Shown piece after piece: positions 24,985 through 37,134 of a stretch of DNA of 64,000 bases; position 1 is the stretch's first letter, and every line of letters starts with the position of its first letter. Where the stretch lies: positions 52,268,001 through 52,332,000 of the forward strand of contig NC_086097.1 of NCBI RefSeq assembly GCF_963921235.1. Reading direction: 5' to 3'. Both the position numbers and the translations under genes were made by a program. The notes beneath the pieces are model-generated. The model ran no database searches. It saw only the letters and a program-made list of their open reading frames with translations, and was not told the DNA's origin. Origin of the DNA: Mobula hypostoma (Eukaryota).

Positions 24985-26930
24985 GACCATAAGACCATTA
25001 GATATGGGATCAGAATTAGGCCATTTGACCCATCGAGTCTGCTGTGCCATTTCATCATGGCTGATCCATTTTCCTCTCAGCCCCAATCTCCAATCTATCA
25101 ACCTCTGCCTTAAATATACCCATTGACTTGGTCTCCTCAACCACCTGTGGCAACGACTTCCACAGATTCACCACTCACTGGCTAAAGAAATTCTCCCTCA
25201 GCTCCATTCTAAATGGACATCCGTCTATTCTAAGGCTGTGTCCTCTGGTCCTACACTACCCCACCAAAGGAAACATCCTCTCCATTTCCACACTTTCGAG
25301 GCCTTTCAACTTTTGAAAGCTTTCAATGAGATCCCTTCTCATTCTTCTGAATTCCAGTGAGTACAGCCCCAGAGCCATCAAATGGTCCTCATTTGGTAAC
25401 TCTCTCATTCCCAGAGCCATTTTCATGAATCCGATCTGAACCCTCTCCAATGTCAACACATCCTTTCTCAGATAAAGGGCCCAAAATTGCTCACAGTACT
25501 CCAAATGAGGCCTCACCAGTGCTTTATAAAGTCTCAACATTACATCCTTGCTTTTATATATGCTAACATTGCATTTGCCTTCCTCACCACCAACTCAACC
25601 TGCAAATTAACCTTTAGGAAATCCTGAATGAGCGCTCCCAAGTCCCTTTGAACTTCAGATTTTCCAACATTCTCCCCATTTAGAAAATAGTCTATGCTTT
25701 TATTTCTTCTACCAAAGTGCATGAGCATACACTTCCTGACACTGTATTCCATCCACCACTGTCCATTCTCCTAATCTGTCTAAGTCCTTCTGCAGCCTCC
25801 TTGCTTCCAAAAAACTACCTGCCCTTCCATCTATCTTCACATTGTCTGCAAACTTGGCCACAAAGCTATCAATTCCATCATCAAGTCATTGACATATAAT
25901 GTAAAAAGAAGTGGTCCCAACACAGATCCCTGTGGAACACCACTAGTCACCAGGAACCAACCAGAAAATGTTCCATTTATTCCCACTCTTTGTCTCCAGC
26001 CAATCTGCCCATGCTCTATCCATGCTTGTATTTTTCCTGTAATAATATGAGCTCTTAACTTGTTAAGCAGATTCATGTGCCTCATCTTGACAAAGGCCTT
26101 CTGAAAATCCAAGTACACAACATCCACTGATTTTTCTTTGTCTATCTTACTTGTTAATTCTTTGAAGAATTCCAACAGATTTGTCAGGCAATATTTTCCC
26201 TTAAGGAAATCATGCTGACTATGGTTTATTTTATCATGTGCCTCTAAGTACCTCAGAACCACATTCTTAACAATGAACTTCAACATCTTCCCAACCATGG
26301 AGGTTAGACTAACTGGCCCATAATTTCCTTTCTTCTCTCTCTCTCCCTTCTTGAAGAGTGGAGTGACATTTGCAATTTTCCTGACCTCTGGAACCAGTGA
26401 CTCTTGAAAAATCATTACTAATGCCTCCACAATCTCTTCAGCCACCTCTTTCAGAAACCTGGGGTGCAGGCCATCTGGTCCAGGTGATTTTTCTACCTTC
26501 AGACCTTTCAGTTTCCTAAGCTCCTTCTCCCTAGTAATGGCAACTTCATTCACTTCTGCTCTGCTGACACTCACAAACTTCTGTCATACTGCTAGTGTCT
26601 TCCACAGTGAAGATTGATGCAAAATATGTTTGTTCACCATTTACTTGTTGCCCCGGTACTATATCTCCAGCATCACTTTCCGGTGGTCTGATATCTACTC
26701 TCATTTCTCTTTTACTCTTTATGTATGTGAAGAAACTTCTGGTATCTTCATTAATATTTTTGGCTAGCTTACATCTTTTCCCTCTTTATGACTTTTTTTA
26801 AAATTGCCTTCCTTTGTCCTTTAAAAACTTCCTAATTCTCTAGCTTCCCACAAAATTGTGCTCTATTATCTGCTCTCTCTTTTGGCTTTTACTTCCCTTG
26901 TCAGCCACGGTTGCCTTTCATGTACTCATC
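24985..26930 (-). mobile_element. CR1 LINE with frameshifted RT
   Basis: ORF 25837-26574 [39 protein letters not shown]; ORFs 25540-25752 and 25256-25540; tail accataagaccat. Confidence 0.95.
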
Positions 26931-28149
26931 TACTTTCCTTAGGAACGAATCTAAGCTAATTTCCTCGACAGTCCCTGCATTTTGAATTCTCATCACTCTC
27001 TCAGTAAAAAATTGTCCGCTTATGCTCCTTCTGGATGCGTTAGTTGATGTATTTTACTTATAATCTATTGTTTTATATGGAGATGTTTCCTTCACTATCC
27101 AAACCACAGACCATTTTAAAGGCCTCCATCAAGTCTCCTTCAAGATTTCCCTATTCAAAAGAGGAGTGTTTTAATGTGTTCTATTTTAAAACTAGCTATC
27201 TCTAATTACTGAATTCTTTATTGTAAATCTTTATTTTATACTATCTAGACTTTCAATATCATTTATAATGCTGGAAAATGAGAAATTAGGAAGTTTTCAG
27301 TGCTCAAGCAAGTTTAATAAAACTTCATTACTCTTGAGAACAATACACCTAGAAATACATTGCAGTGCTTTGTCACCATTTTTACTGTTGTGTTGAACTG
27401 CCATGGTAATTTATTACTTGTTTTGCACCATCCCTAGTGCCCCTTGGATTTCTTCTCCATTCAATTTCCTTTCTTGGGTGATATTTCTATATTTGAACAA
27501 AAATTAGTATTCTCATTCATCAGCATTAATTTACAAATCAGTAAATTTTTGAAGTCATCGTTTATAGTTGGTGGATGTAATGGGGAGGACAAGCAGATTG
27601 TGGTATTTTATCTCCCCTTTCATGTCAGTGACCAAATGTTTTCTTTTTTTCATCTCACCATTTGTTTGGGGTTCAGCTTAGCCTTCTTCATGCCTTTGGA
27701 TATATTGTTAATTTTGAAATGTTCCATCAGAAGTTTGAGGTCCAAGTCCAACTTCAAAAATGTGTTTGAAAATCTACATTGGCATGCCAATTCAGTAACA
27801 AGAAAGTTCTACACCAATGGAGATAGAACATTTCAATGTGAAAATAATCAGACTCCCAATCTTGTCTCTCCTCTAGATTTAAAAGATTCCATTTTACTGT
27901 TCTGGTCTCCCTGTGGAAGGGAGTCAGGTTGACTCATTTTCTTCTCCAGCCGATGAGACGTTTTATCAGTGGTCACAGTAAATCTCTGGAGTGACTATCA
28001 ATTTACTGCTCTCATTCACGTCTGTGAGGTCACCCAGGAATTGCACTCATGAAGAAATGATTTCAATTACTTTGGTTTCACTGAGGAGCAGGTGACAGCT
28101 CAGGCACAGGGATTTGCTGTGATTATAGGCATTCATGTGTTGAATATTA

Positions 28150-29320
28150 TTGCTAATGGGCAAGAAGGCAAGGTGACAGATCTTGAATGCAGGATAACTT
28201 CTAACAAGCTGGCACTAGGAAAGAAATTAGCATTTTGATAGTAGATTCTAAGCATAGCTGAGTGAACATTAATCAATAGACAGGCAGACTTAATGATATC
28301 AGATTGTACACCAGAAATCTTGGGTCGTCCCAGGAGGACTACCCAACCAAAAAATACCATAAAATAATAAAAAAGCCTTCATTTCAATGTCTTCTTGCCA
28401 GAGATTTGGAGCCAGATGTTGATGGTCCCTCCACCCATTATAAGTATTGCATGGTTCAATGTTGTAACCAGGCACACAGATGTACAAGAGGAAGCAGTTT
28501 GTGTCATATCTTAGGCATGCCAGAGAGCATGTATGTATAAGTATTCCAGAACTGTTTAAAGGATGTGACACTCAAGGATTTCCCAATACTTTGTTATTGC
28601 ATATCTCTGGAAACAACTTCCTTTGGGTCAGTTTTCTTGTGAAACTTTATCTTCCACACCAGTACTTCAAGCAGCCAATGATATTCTGCTTGTGCTGAGT
28701 GTTGCCAAATGTGAAACATAAGGGTGGGAGAACATTCTAGACCGTCCTGTGAATCACCAAAAAATCAACCTGTACAGATGGCAGAGAAAATGTACTGAGG
28801 AATTACTTTACAGAGTCTCATGAAAGCTTAATTCCATCTCCAGGATCCTGTAACAAAGTCCAGGCCTCTAACAACTTGAAGTACTATTGATATTCAAGCA
28901 AAGAACGATATCTGTGGCTAGTATTGTGTTGTCCTCCTAAAAGTTGACGAAGGAGCAATAACCTTCTATGGGGCAGGTGTGCTCATCATTTTTGACAAAG
29001 GTGCTAATGAATGCAGAAGACTCAAACCTGCAGTGCAAGTGGCAATTTCAGGAAATTCTCCAGCCATTCCCTGCTGCAACAAATCCTCCAGAGCATGATA
29101 GCTTTCACTGCAAACGTCATCTGAAAAAACACTTGAAACTTTCAGCTCCTGAGAGACTGAATGAGGGTTGCAAAGTGCCAGATTCAGAATTCTTTATAAG
29201 GCCGTGCGAGTTGCAGCTGGACTGTCTGGTAATAATTGCACCCCAAGGGATGGTGCTACAGCCATCATTCCTGACTGTCTTTCAGTGGGATAGCAGAGTA
29301 CAAGAATCCAATAGCAAGAA
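28150..29320 (-). mobile_element. Possible highly decayed L1/Tx1-like fragment
   Basis: Weak compositional and motif resemblance only; no clean motif. Confidence 0.25.
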
Positions 29321-29329
29321 GAAGTGAAA

Positions 29330-30295
29330 AAAAATGATGGACGAACTCAGCAGATTGGAGCAGCATCAACACAACGAAAAAAATTGTTGACTTCCTAGGT
29401 CAAGACCCAGCTTCAGAACTGAGAATGGAGAGGGAAGGTAGCCAGTATAAAAAGAAGGCGTTCGGGGGAAGTATAATACAGGGGCTGGTCGGTGATAGCT
29501 GTCCAAGAAGAAGTGAGAAATGATGGGCAGATGGAGCCAAATGGGCAAGAGGGGGGAGTGGAGCTGGGAGACAGAGGCAGGTGATATGTGGAAAGCATTC
29601 AAGGGGAAAAAAGGTGTGGAACCAAGTGAGAGGAGAGGAGGTCAAAGGTAGAGGCAGAGGCTGCAGTGTGATGGGCAGGGACACAAAGTCTACACTTGCT
29701 AGAGTCTGGTACAGGAGGAAGTTGATAATGGAAACCATTCAATGGCATGAGGAACCAGATGGGTGAAGGGATCTGATCTGTGAAGTACGTGGCTGATAGT
29801 GGATGGAACCAAGATGGAGAGGAGGAGGTGGATGTGTGCAGGGAAATCTGTTGCACCTCCTGCAATTGCAGGCAAAAGGGTCAGAGGTCAGGGAGGGGTG
29901 TGTATGTGGGAGGGCCAAGCAGACCAGGGAGACACAGGGAGAGTGGTCCCTACAGAAGGTGGAAAGGGATGGTGAGTGGATGCTGTGACTGGTGGTTGGA
30001 CCCTGTGGCAGTTGGCAGAATTGACAAAGGATGATGTGTCTGGATGCAACAGCTGACAGTTTGGGCTGAGGCCCCTCGTCGGGGCTTGACAGGAAGGGAG
30101 AAGAAGCCAGAATAATGAGGGGAGAAAGGAAAGAGTAAAAGCTAGAAGGTGATGGGTGAAGCCAGGTGTGTGAGAACGGGGAGTGAAGTGAGTGCCTGGG
30201 AAGTGATGGTTGAAAAAGGAAAAGGGATGAGGAAAAAGAAATCTGAGAGGAGGGGAAATGAGACCATGAAAGAAAGGGGAGGATGAGGGACACCA
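29330..30295 (-). mobile_element. Penelope-like element fragments (two overlapping pieces)
   Basis: gaactcagcag..gcagcatc terminus, purine-rich UTR, ORF remnant STFCRDHSPCVSLV; decayed hammerhead motif near 30055-30090. Confidence 0.75.
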
Positions 30296-30624
30296 AAATT
30301 CAATGTTCAAAGTAAATCTATTATCAAAGTACATATATATCACCACATACAACATTGAAATTCATTTTCTTGTGGGCATACTCAACGAATCCATAGGAGA
30401 ATAATAACCATAACAGAATCAATGAAAGACAGCACCAACTTAGGTGTTCAACCGGTATGCAAAAGACAAAGTTGCTGACCCTCTCCACCTCTAATCCTCC
30501 AGTGATGACTGCCTCAGGGACCTCGGGACATCTGGTTTCCTCCTCCTGAAGTCAATAATCAAGTGACACACATAAAAGTTGCTGGTGAACGCAGCAGGCC
30601 AGGCAGCATCTCTAGGAAGAGGTA

Positions 30625-30662
30625 CAGTCGACGTTTCAGGCCGAGACCGTTCGTCAGGACTA
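30625..30662 (-). ncRNA. Minimal type-I hammerhead ribozyme motif
   Basis: Minus strand UAGUC-CUGACGA-ACGGUCUCGGCCU-GAAAC-GUC-GACUG: stem I, CUGANGA core, stem II with CUCG loop, GAAA, GUC cleavage triplet. Confidence 0.75.
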
Positions 30663-31421
30663 ACTGAAGGAAGAGTTAGTGAGAGATTTGAAAGTGGGAG
30701 GGGGAGGGGGAGATCGAAAATGAGAGGAGAAGACAGGAGGGGGAGAGATGGAGTCAAGAGCTCGACAGTTGATTGGCAAAAGGGATATAAGAGGATTATG
30801 GGACAGGAGGCCCAGGGAGAAAGAAAGGGGGGGGAAGCCCAGAGGATGGGCAAGGGGTATAGTGAGAAGGACAGAGGGAGAAAAAGGAGAGAGAGAGAAT
30901 ATATATATAAATAAATAACGGATGGGGTACGAGGGGGAGGAGGGTCATTAGCGGAAGTTTGAGAAGTCAATGTTCATGCCATCAGGTTGGAGGCTACCCA
31001 GACGTTGCTCCTCCAACCTGAGTGTGGCTTCATCTTGACAGTAGAGGAGGCCGTGGATAGACATATTAGAATGGGAATGGGACGTGGAATTAAAATATGT
31101 GGCCACTGGGAGATCCTGCTTTCTCTGGCGGACAGAGCGTAGGTATCCGTTATTTATTTATTATAATTATTATTATATATTGTTTCTCTCTCTCTTTTTC
31201 TCCCTCTGTCCCTCTCACTATACTCCTTGCCCATCCTCTGGTCTTTCCCCCCCCCTTTCTTTCTCCCTAGGTCTCCCGTCCCATGATCCTTTCATATCCC
31301 TTTTGCCAATCACCTGTCCAGCTCTTAGCTCCATCCCTCCCCCTCCTGTCTTCTCCCATCATTTTGGATCTCCCCCTCCCCCTCCCACTTTCAAATCTCT
31401 TACTAGCTCTCCTTTCAGTTA

Positions 31422-31458
31422 AGTCCTGACGAAGGGTCTTGGCCCAAAATGTCGACTG
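31422..31458 (+). ncRNA. Hammerhead motif, core-mutated copy
   Basis: agtc-ctgacga-agggtcttggccc-AAAAT-gtc-gactg; GAAAC changed to AAAAT. Confidence 0.55.
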
Positions 31459-32134
31459 TACCTCTTCCTAGAGATGCTGCCTGGCCTGCTGCGTTCACCA
31501 GCGACTTTTATGTGTGTTGCTTGAAATTCCAGCATCTGCAGATGTCCTCGTGTTGGCGTCAATAATCAACTACTTGGTCTTGCAGACACTGAGTAAAAGG
31601 TTGTCATGGCACAACCCAGCTGGATTTTCAATCTCCCTCCTGTATGCTGATTTGTCACGACCTTTGATTCGGCTTAAGACAGCAGTTTGATCAGCAAACT
31701 TGAATATGGCATTGGAGCTGTGCTTAGCCACACAGTCGTAAGTGTAAGGTGAGTAGAGCAGGGGGCTATGGACACAACCTTATGGTGCACCTGTACTGGT
31801 GGAGATTGTGGAGGAGATTTTGTTGCCAATCTGAACTGACTGGGGGCTGCAAATCGAGGATCCATTTGCACAAGGAATTATTGAAGCCAAGATCTTGAAG
31901 CTTATTGATTAGTTTTGAGGAGATGATGGTATTGAATGCTGAGCTGCAGTCGATAAAGAGCATCTTGTTGTATGCACCTTTGCTGTCCAGATGTTCCAGG
32001 TTTGAGAGAGGAGCCAGTGGGACCGACGGCACAGTCGGCAAATTGTGGGGTGATAAGCAGGTGAGGAGAAGAGAAGAGGTAAGATCGGAACCAGGGTCGG
32101 GAATGAAAGAAGAGGGAAGGGAAGGGGGAAAATT

Positions 32135-32415
32135 GGGGTGCCACGGTAGCATGGCGGTTAGTAGAAGGCTATTACAACTTAGAGTTTGAAGTTCAATCCC
32201 AGCGTTCTCTATAAGGAGTCTCTATATGTCCTCCCTATGGAATGCAAGTTTTTTTTCCCCAGGTCCTCTGATTTCCTCCCACAGTCCAAAGGCGTACCGG
32301 GTAGGTAAATTTTTCATTGTAAGTTTCTCTGTGACAAGGTTAGCATTAAATTGGTGTTGCTGGGCGTTGCAGCTTGAAGGGCCAGAAGGACATATTCTAT
32401 GCTATATCTCTAGAT
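32135..32415 (+). mobile_element. V-SINE-type tRNA-derived SINE
   Basis: A-box-like ggtagcatggcggtt, B-box gttcaatcc, V-domain ttcctcccacagtccaaagg, tail gggccagaagg. Confidence 0.8.
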
Positions 32416-32429
32416 AAATCAATAAGTAA

Positions 32430-32675
32430 AAATATTCAACCTTAAGATTCACTTCCTTGCAGGCATTCACAGTAAATACAAGAAACACAATAGAATCAAT
32501 GAAAGACCATACCCAACAGGACAGTCATGCAATTAATGTGCAAGATAACCAACTGCGTAAATACAAAAAGAAAGAAAAATAAGTAATAACAATATAATAA
32601 ATAAATATCGAGAACATGAGATGAAGAGTCCTTGAAAGTGAGTCCGTAAGTTATGGGAACAGTTCAATGATGAAT
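32430..32675 (-). mobile_element. Rex1/Babar 3' UTR fragment
   Basis: Same 3' UTR as 13880-14130 (agagtccttgaaagtgagtcc). Confidence 0.7.
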
Positions 32676-32679
32676 GAAC

Positions 32680-33620
32680 AGGATGGGTCTCAGTATTGTA
32701 GCACCAGGGCAATGGTGAATCATCACTTTAGCTCCAAGAAAGCTCGGTCTGCTTCACTTGTCCAAATGAATCCTGCAGAGGTCTTCTTGGTGAGTGCCTT
32801 CATGGGGGCTGCGATGGAGCTGAAGTTTCTGATGAAGCTGTGATTGAAGTTTGTAAACCCCATGAAGCACTGCACATGTTTGACCACAGATGGTTTAGGC
32901 CACTCTGTCACTGTCTGAACTTTACATTAAATACTGGAAGGGGTGAAGATATTGGTCAAAAACAACACCTGCTCTTTGTGGAGCTCACACTTGAACACAA
33001 ACTGATTCAACATGTCCCGGAGCACACTGTTGACCGGAGCCGGAAAAGCAGGAACAGGGTTGCAGTTTTTCTCTGTGATTTTGTTGAGGGGCCAATAATC
33101 AATGCAGGAATGGAGCTCGCCATCAGACTGGATCACAAAATGGAAGCCCGCCCCTGCTGGCGAGGTTGACAGTCACATAAATCCTATGGCCAATGCCTTC
33201 TATATGTACTCTTCCATGTCCAGAATTTCACGACAAGGGAGAGAAAAGAGCCAGCCCCAGAGTGGGCTTTACCAGGTAAGAGGTTAATGGTGCAGTCGTA
33301 TGTCCAGTGTGGAGGCAAAGAGATGGCCTTCTTTTTACTGAAGACCTCAAGGGTGTCAGCACATTCAGCCAGCATGCCGGACAGGTCCACACTGGCAGCT
33401 GATGCCAGAGGAGATTCACAGACAAGGGCTTGAGCTGGCAGTCAGGGTCTTCCATCTTCCTAAAGGGGCTCCCATAGTGGGGACCATGCCAGACATTTTC
33501 CAGCATAGTCCCCACCCTCGGAGCACCTTTAGGACCAATCAATCTGTGGGTTGTGTCGAGCTAACCAGGGAAGACCAAGCATCAGTGGCAGTTCAGGCGA
33601 ATTTTTTGGTCAAGACTTGC
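32680..33620 (-). mobile_element. Sushi-like Gypsy pol fragments
   Basis: VFSKKKAISLPPHWTYDCTINLLPG; DGELHSCIDYWPLNKIT; WPKPSVVKHVQCFMGFTNF..IRNFSSIAAPMKALTKK. Confidence 0.85.
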
Positions 33621-33964
33621 TGACAGGGATGTGTACTTATGGGCCAAGTGCCAAGAGAAAGATACTGAAGCAGATTAACAGTTCAGTGACTTTTAATAGG
33701 AACTGTGTTGAAATAAAGGAAAAATAATAAACACTAGGCCATTAGCCAAACTTTCAAACTAAAGCTAATGCTGATACAATGGCTCAGCAGTAGTAGCTTA
33801 CTATTAAATAAATACCATTCCTTAACAGCATCAGTCATCTTTCCCGGAATCAGGACATCGGTAAGCAGAGAGCACTGATGGTACTCTGCTATTGGTCAAG
33901 TCTCAACAAAACTAAAAAGAGAGGAAGGGAGTTAAATACCACCACAATGCAACACTAATTAACT

Positions 33965-34565
33965 CAATGCAACATCTATGGAGGGGAATAAACAGCTGAT
34001 TTTTTCGGCTGAGAGTTGAAAATTTCCCCTCCACTGATGCTGCCTGACTTGCTAAGTTCCTCCAGCATTTCTGTGTGCTGCACCCATCTTTTCCTTCCCT
34101 ACACCTAGGGTCTCTCTCCTTTTCTTCACTTCTTCCTTTTACATCTGCCCATCACCCACAGGTTTCTTCTTTCTCAGCCGAACCATCCCATTCTCCCTCA
34201 CAGCTGGTTCCATCTGCCCATCATCCCTCCCAGTCTGGTTCCACCTATCATCTTTCGGCCTCTGTCTTTACCACCTCCCCTTCCCCCCCAATTGGCTCCA
34301 TCTGCCCTTTTTTTTAAATCTGTTTCCACCTACCATCCACTATCCACTGTCTCTGAGCTCCAATCCTTCCACCCCTGACATCATCCTCCATTTGCTCATC
34401 ATCCCTCACCTCACCTGGTTCACCTATCACCTTCCAGCTCTCACACCTCTCTCTCTCTCACCTCTTTATAATGACTATCATCCCTCTATGTTCTCAGCAA
34501 GGACTCAACAAGAAGCATCTCTTTGTTCCAGAGATGCTGCCTGACCTGCTGAGTTCCTTCTGCAG
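33965..34565. mobile_element. Penelope-like terminal and UTR fragments
   Basis: gatgctgcctgacttgctaagttcctccagc and gatgctgcctgacctgctgagttcc termini with a pyrimidine-rich UTR between. Confidence 0.65.
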
Positions 34566-34669
34566 AATGATTTTTACAAGGCAGGGCCGTTCAGTATTAA
34601 TAGTTTCAGTAGTTTGCAAGCCCATGTCACACCCTGCACCTTGTCCTAACTGTACATATCTGAGTGTGA

Positions 34670-36177
34670 CGTTACAGTATAACAATGGAGTAAAAGGAAT
34701 TACAGCAGCATGAGAGAGGAGCTGGCCAGAATTGTTTGGAATAAAACACTGGCAGGGGTGATGGCAGAGCAGCACTGGCTGGAATTTCAGGAAACAACTT
34801 GGAAAGCACAGGATATATACATCCCTAAGAGGAAGAAGTATTCTGAAGGAAGGGTGACACAACCTGGCTAACAAAAGAAGTCAAAGCCAACAGAAAAACC
34901 AAAGAGAGGGCATATAATAGAGCAAAAATTAATGGAAAGTTAGAGGGTTGGGAGGCTTTTAAAAACCAACAGAAGGCAACTGAAACAGTCAATAAGAAAG
35001 TAATCAAATCACAAACAAAAGAAAATCTGCAGATGCTGGAAATCCAAGCAACATTCACAGAATGCTGGAGGAACTCAGCAGGCCAGGCAGCATCTATGGA
35101 AAAAAGTACAGTCCAAGTTTCGGGCCGAGACCGCAGTCCTGCTGAAGTTCCAGGTGTCAGCGGTCAGAAAGTGTGTGAAGTTATGATAACCAGGTTATCA
35201 TAAGGTGTGTGAAGGTTCTTGGGAAACGGAAAGGTCTGAAGGTAGATAAGTCACCTCGACCAGTTGGTGTACTCCTCAGGGTTCTGAAAGAAATGGCTGA
35301 AGAGATCGTGGAGCCATTAGCAATGATCTTTCATAAATCACTAGAATCTGGAATGGTTCTGGAAGACTGAAAAATTGAGGGGAGAGAGACAGTAAAAAGG
35401 AAACTATAAGCCAATTAGTCTGATCTCAATGGTTGGGAAGGTGTTGGAGTCGATTATTAAGGATGAGGTCCCAAGGTACTTGGAGACACGTGATAAAATA
35501 GGCCATAGTCAGCATGATTTCCTCAAGAGAAAATCCTGTCTGACAAATTTGTTGGAATTCTTTGAAGAAATAACAAGCAGGATAAACAAAGGACAATCGG
35601 TTGATGTTGTGAAGGCCTTTGATAAGGTGCCACACATGAGGCTGCTTAACAAGCTACGAGCCCACGGTATACAGGAAAGATTCTGGCCTGGATAAAGAGG
35701 TGGCTGATTGGCTGGAGGCAAAGATATGAAGACACCTGGAGGTACAGGTAGTTTTGAGGAAGTAGAGAGGCTACATAAGAACTTAGACAGATTAAGAGAA
35801 TGGGCAAAAAAATGGCAGATAGAATACAGTGTCAGGAAGTGTATGGTCATGCTTTTGGTAGAAGAAATGAAACGGTTGACTATATTCTAAATGGTGAGAA
35901 AATACAAAAAACTGAGGTGTAAAGGGACTTGGGAGTCCTTGTGCAGGATTTGCTAAAGATTAATTTTCAGGTTGGGTCTGTGTTGAGGAAGGCAAATGCA
36001 ATATTAGGATTCATTTCAAGAGGACTACAATATAAAAACAAAGATGTAATGTTGAGACTTTATAAAGTGCTAATGAGGCCTCAGTTGAAGTATTGTGAGG
36101 AGTTTTGGGCCCCTTATCTTAGAAAGAATGTGCTGAAACTAGAGAGGGTTCAAAGGAGGTTCACGAAAATGATTCAG
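34670..36177 (+). mobile_element. CR1 LINE with deletions; Penelope fragment at about 35010-35150
   Basis: VGKVLESIIKD..SCLTNLLEFFEE; LYKVLMRPQLKYC..LERVQRRFTKMI. Confidence 0.9.
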
Positions 36178-36965
36178 AGAGAGGCCAACAAGAAAAGGCT
36201 CCTTTTATTCTCACTTGCTGCCTTCTGCCTGTTGGCCATTCCTCTTTCCTTGCCAGTATCTTTCCTGTAACGCTATAGGATTTTATCTTGTTTAGCAGCC
36301 TCATGTGTGGCACATTATCAAATGCCTTCTGAAAATCCAAGTAAGTGATATCCACTGCCTCTCCTTCATCCACCCTGCTTGTTACTTCCTCGAAGAACTC
36401 TAACAGATTTGTCAGGCAAGATTTCCTTTCATAGGAATCATGCTGACTTTGACTTATTTTATCATTAGTCTACAGTTACCTTGAAACCTCATCCTTAATA
36501 ATAGACTCCAACACTTTCTCAACCACTGAGGTTAGGCTAATTGGCCTATAATTTCCTATCTTTTGCCTCCTCCCTTCTTAAAGAGTGGAGTGACATTTTC
36601 ATCTTCCAGTCTTCTGGGACCATGCCACAGTCAAGTGATGCTTGAAAGAGTGTGACCAATGCATCCTTTATCTCTTCAGCAACCTCTCGCAGGACTCTGG
36701 GATGTTGTCCGTCTGGTCCATGTGCCTTACCCACCTTAAGATCTTTGAAGTTGCCTAGCACTTTTTCCTTTGTAATAGCAATGACACTCACTTCTGCTCC
36801 CTGACACTCACAGACCTCTGGCACACTGCTAGTGTCTTCCACAGTGAAGACAGATGCAAAGTACCCATTAATTTCATCTGGCATTTCTTTGGCCCCAATG
36901 CTATCTCACCAGCATCATTTTCCAGTGGTCCAATATCAACTCTCACTTCCCTTTGACTCTTTATA
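36178..36965 (-). mobile_element. CR1 fragment in opposite orientation
   Basis: YFASVFTVED..GPDGQHPRVLRE; YLDFQKAFDNVPH. Confidence 0.9.
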
Positions 36966-37090
36966 TGGGGATATGGGGAGAAGACAGATTGGAGCTGAGA
37001 GGAAAATTGGATCAACCATGATGAAATGGCAGACCAGACTCGATGGGCCAAATGGCATAATTCTGCTCCTATATCTTATGGTCTTATGTT
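36966..37090 (+). mobile_element. CR1 3' end
   Basis: gactcgatgggccaaatggc...atcttatggtcttatg tail. Confidence 0.85.
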
Positions 37091-37134
37091 GAATGACATG
37101 AATAAATGACATAAAAAATGACATACGTCACTAC

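Larger units (their letters stand above)
30563..31557. mobile_element. Penelope-derived fold-back element with ~350-bp inverted arms
   Basis: Arms about 30566-30923 and 31145-31516 are reverse complements; 12-bp TSD GTCAATAATCAA at 30551-30562 and 31558-31569. Confidence 0.9.
30296..32000 (-). mobile_element. Rex1/Babar LINE remnant, interrupted at 30563-31557
   Basis: [34 protein letters not shown]; 3' tail at 30300-30470. Confidence 0.88.

Noticed and set aside
25837..26574. Functional reverse transcriptase gene (245 aa ORF)
   Set aside because: 5'-truncated CR1 that frameshifts before the FADD catalytic motif
27444..27932. 162-aa ORF
   Set aside because: Non-ATG start, Phe-rich, T-rich sequence with no recognisable domain or splice context
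29400..31422. Several Ser/Pro/Leu-rich ORFs of 110-185 aa
   Set aside because: Arise from purine/pyrimidine-biased Penelope UTR sequence that lacks stops on one strand
32135..32210. tRNA gene
   Set aside because: A/B boxes belong to a SINE head followed by a V-domain; no cloverleaf
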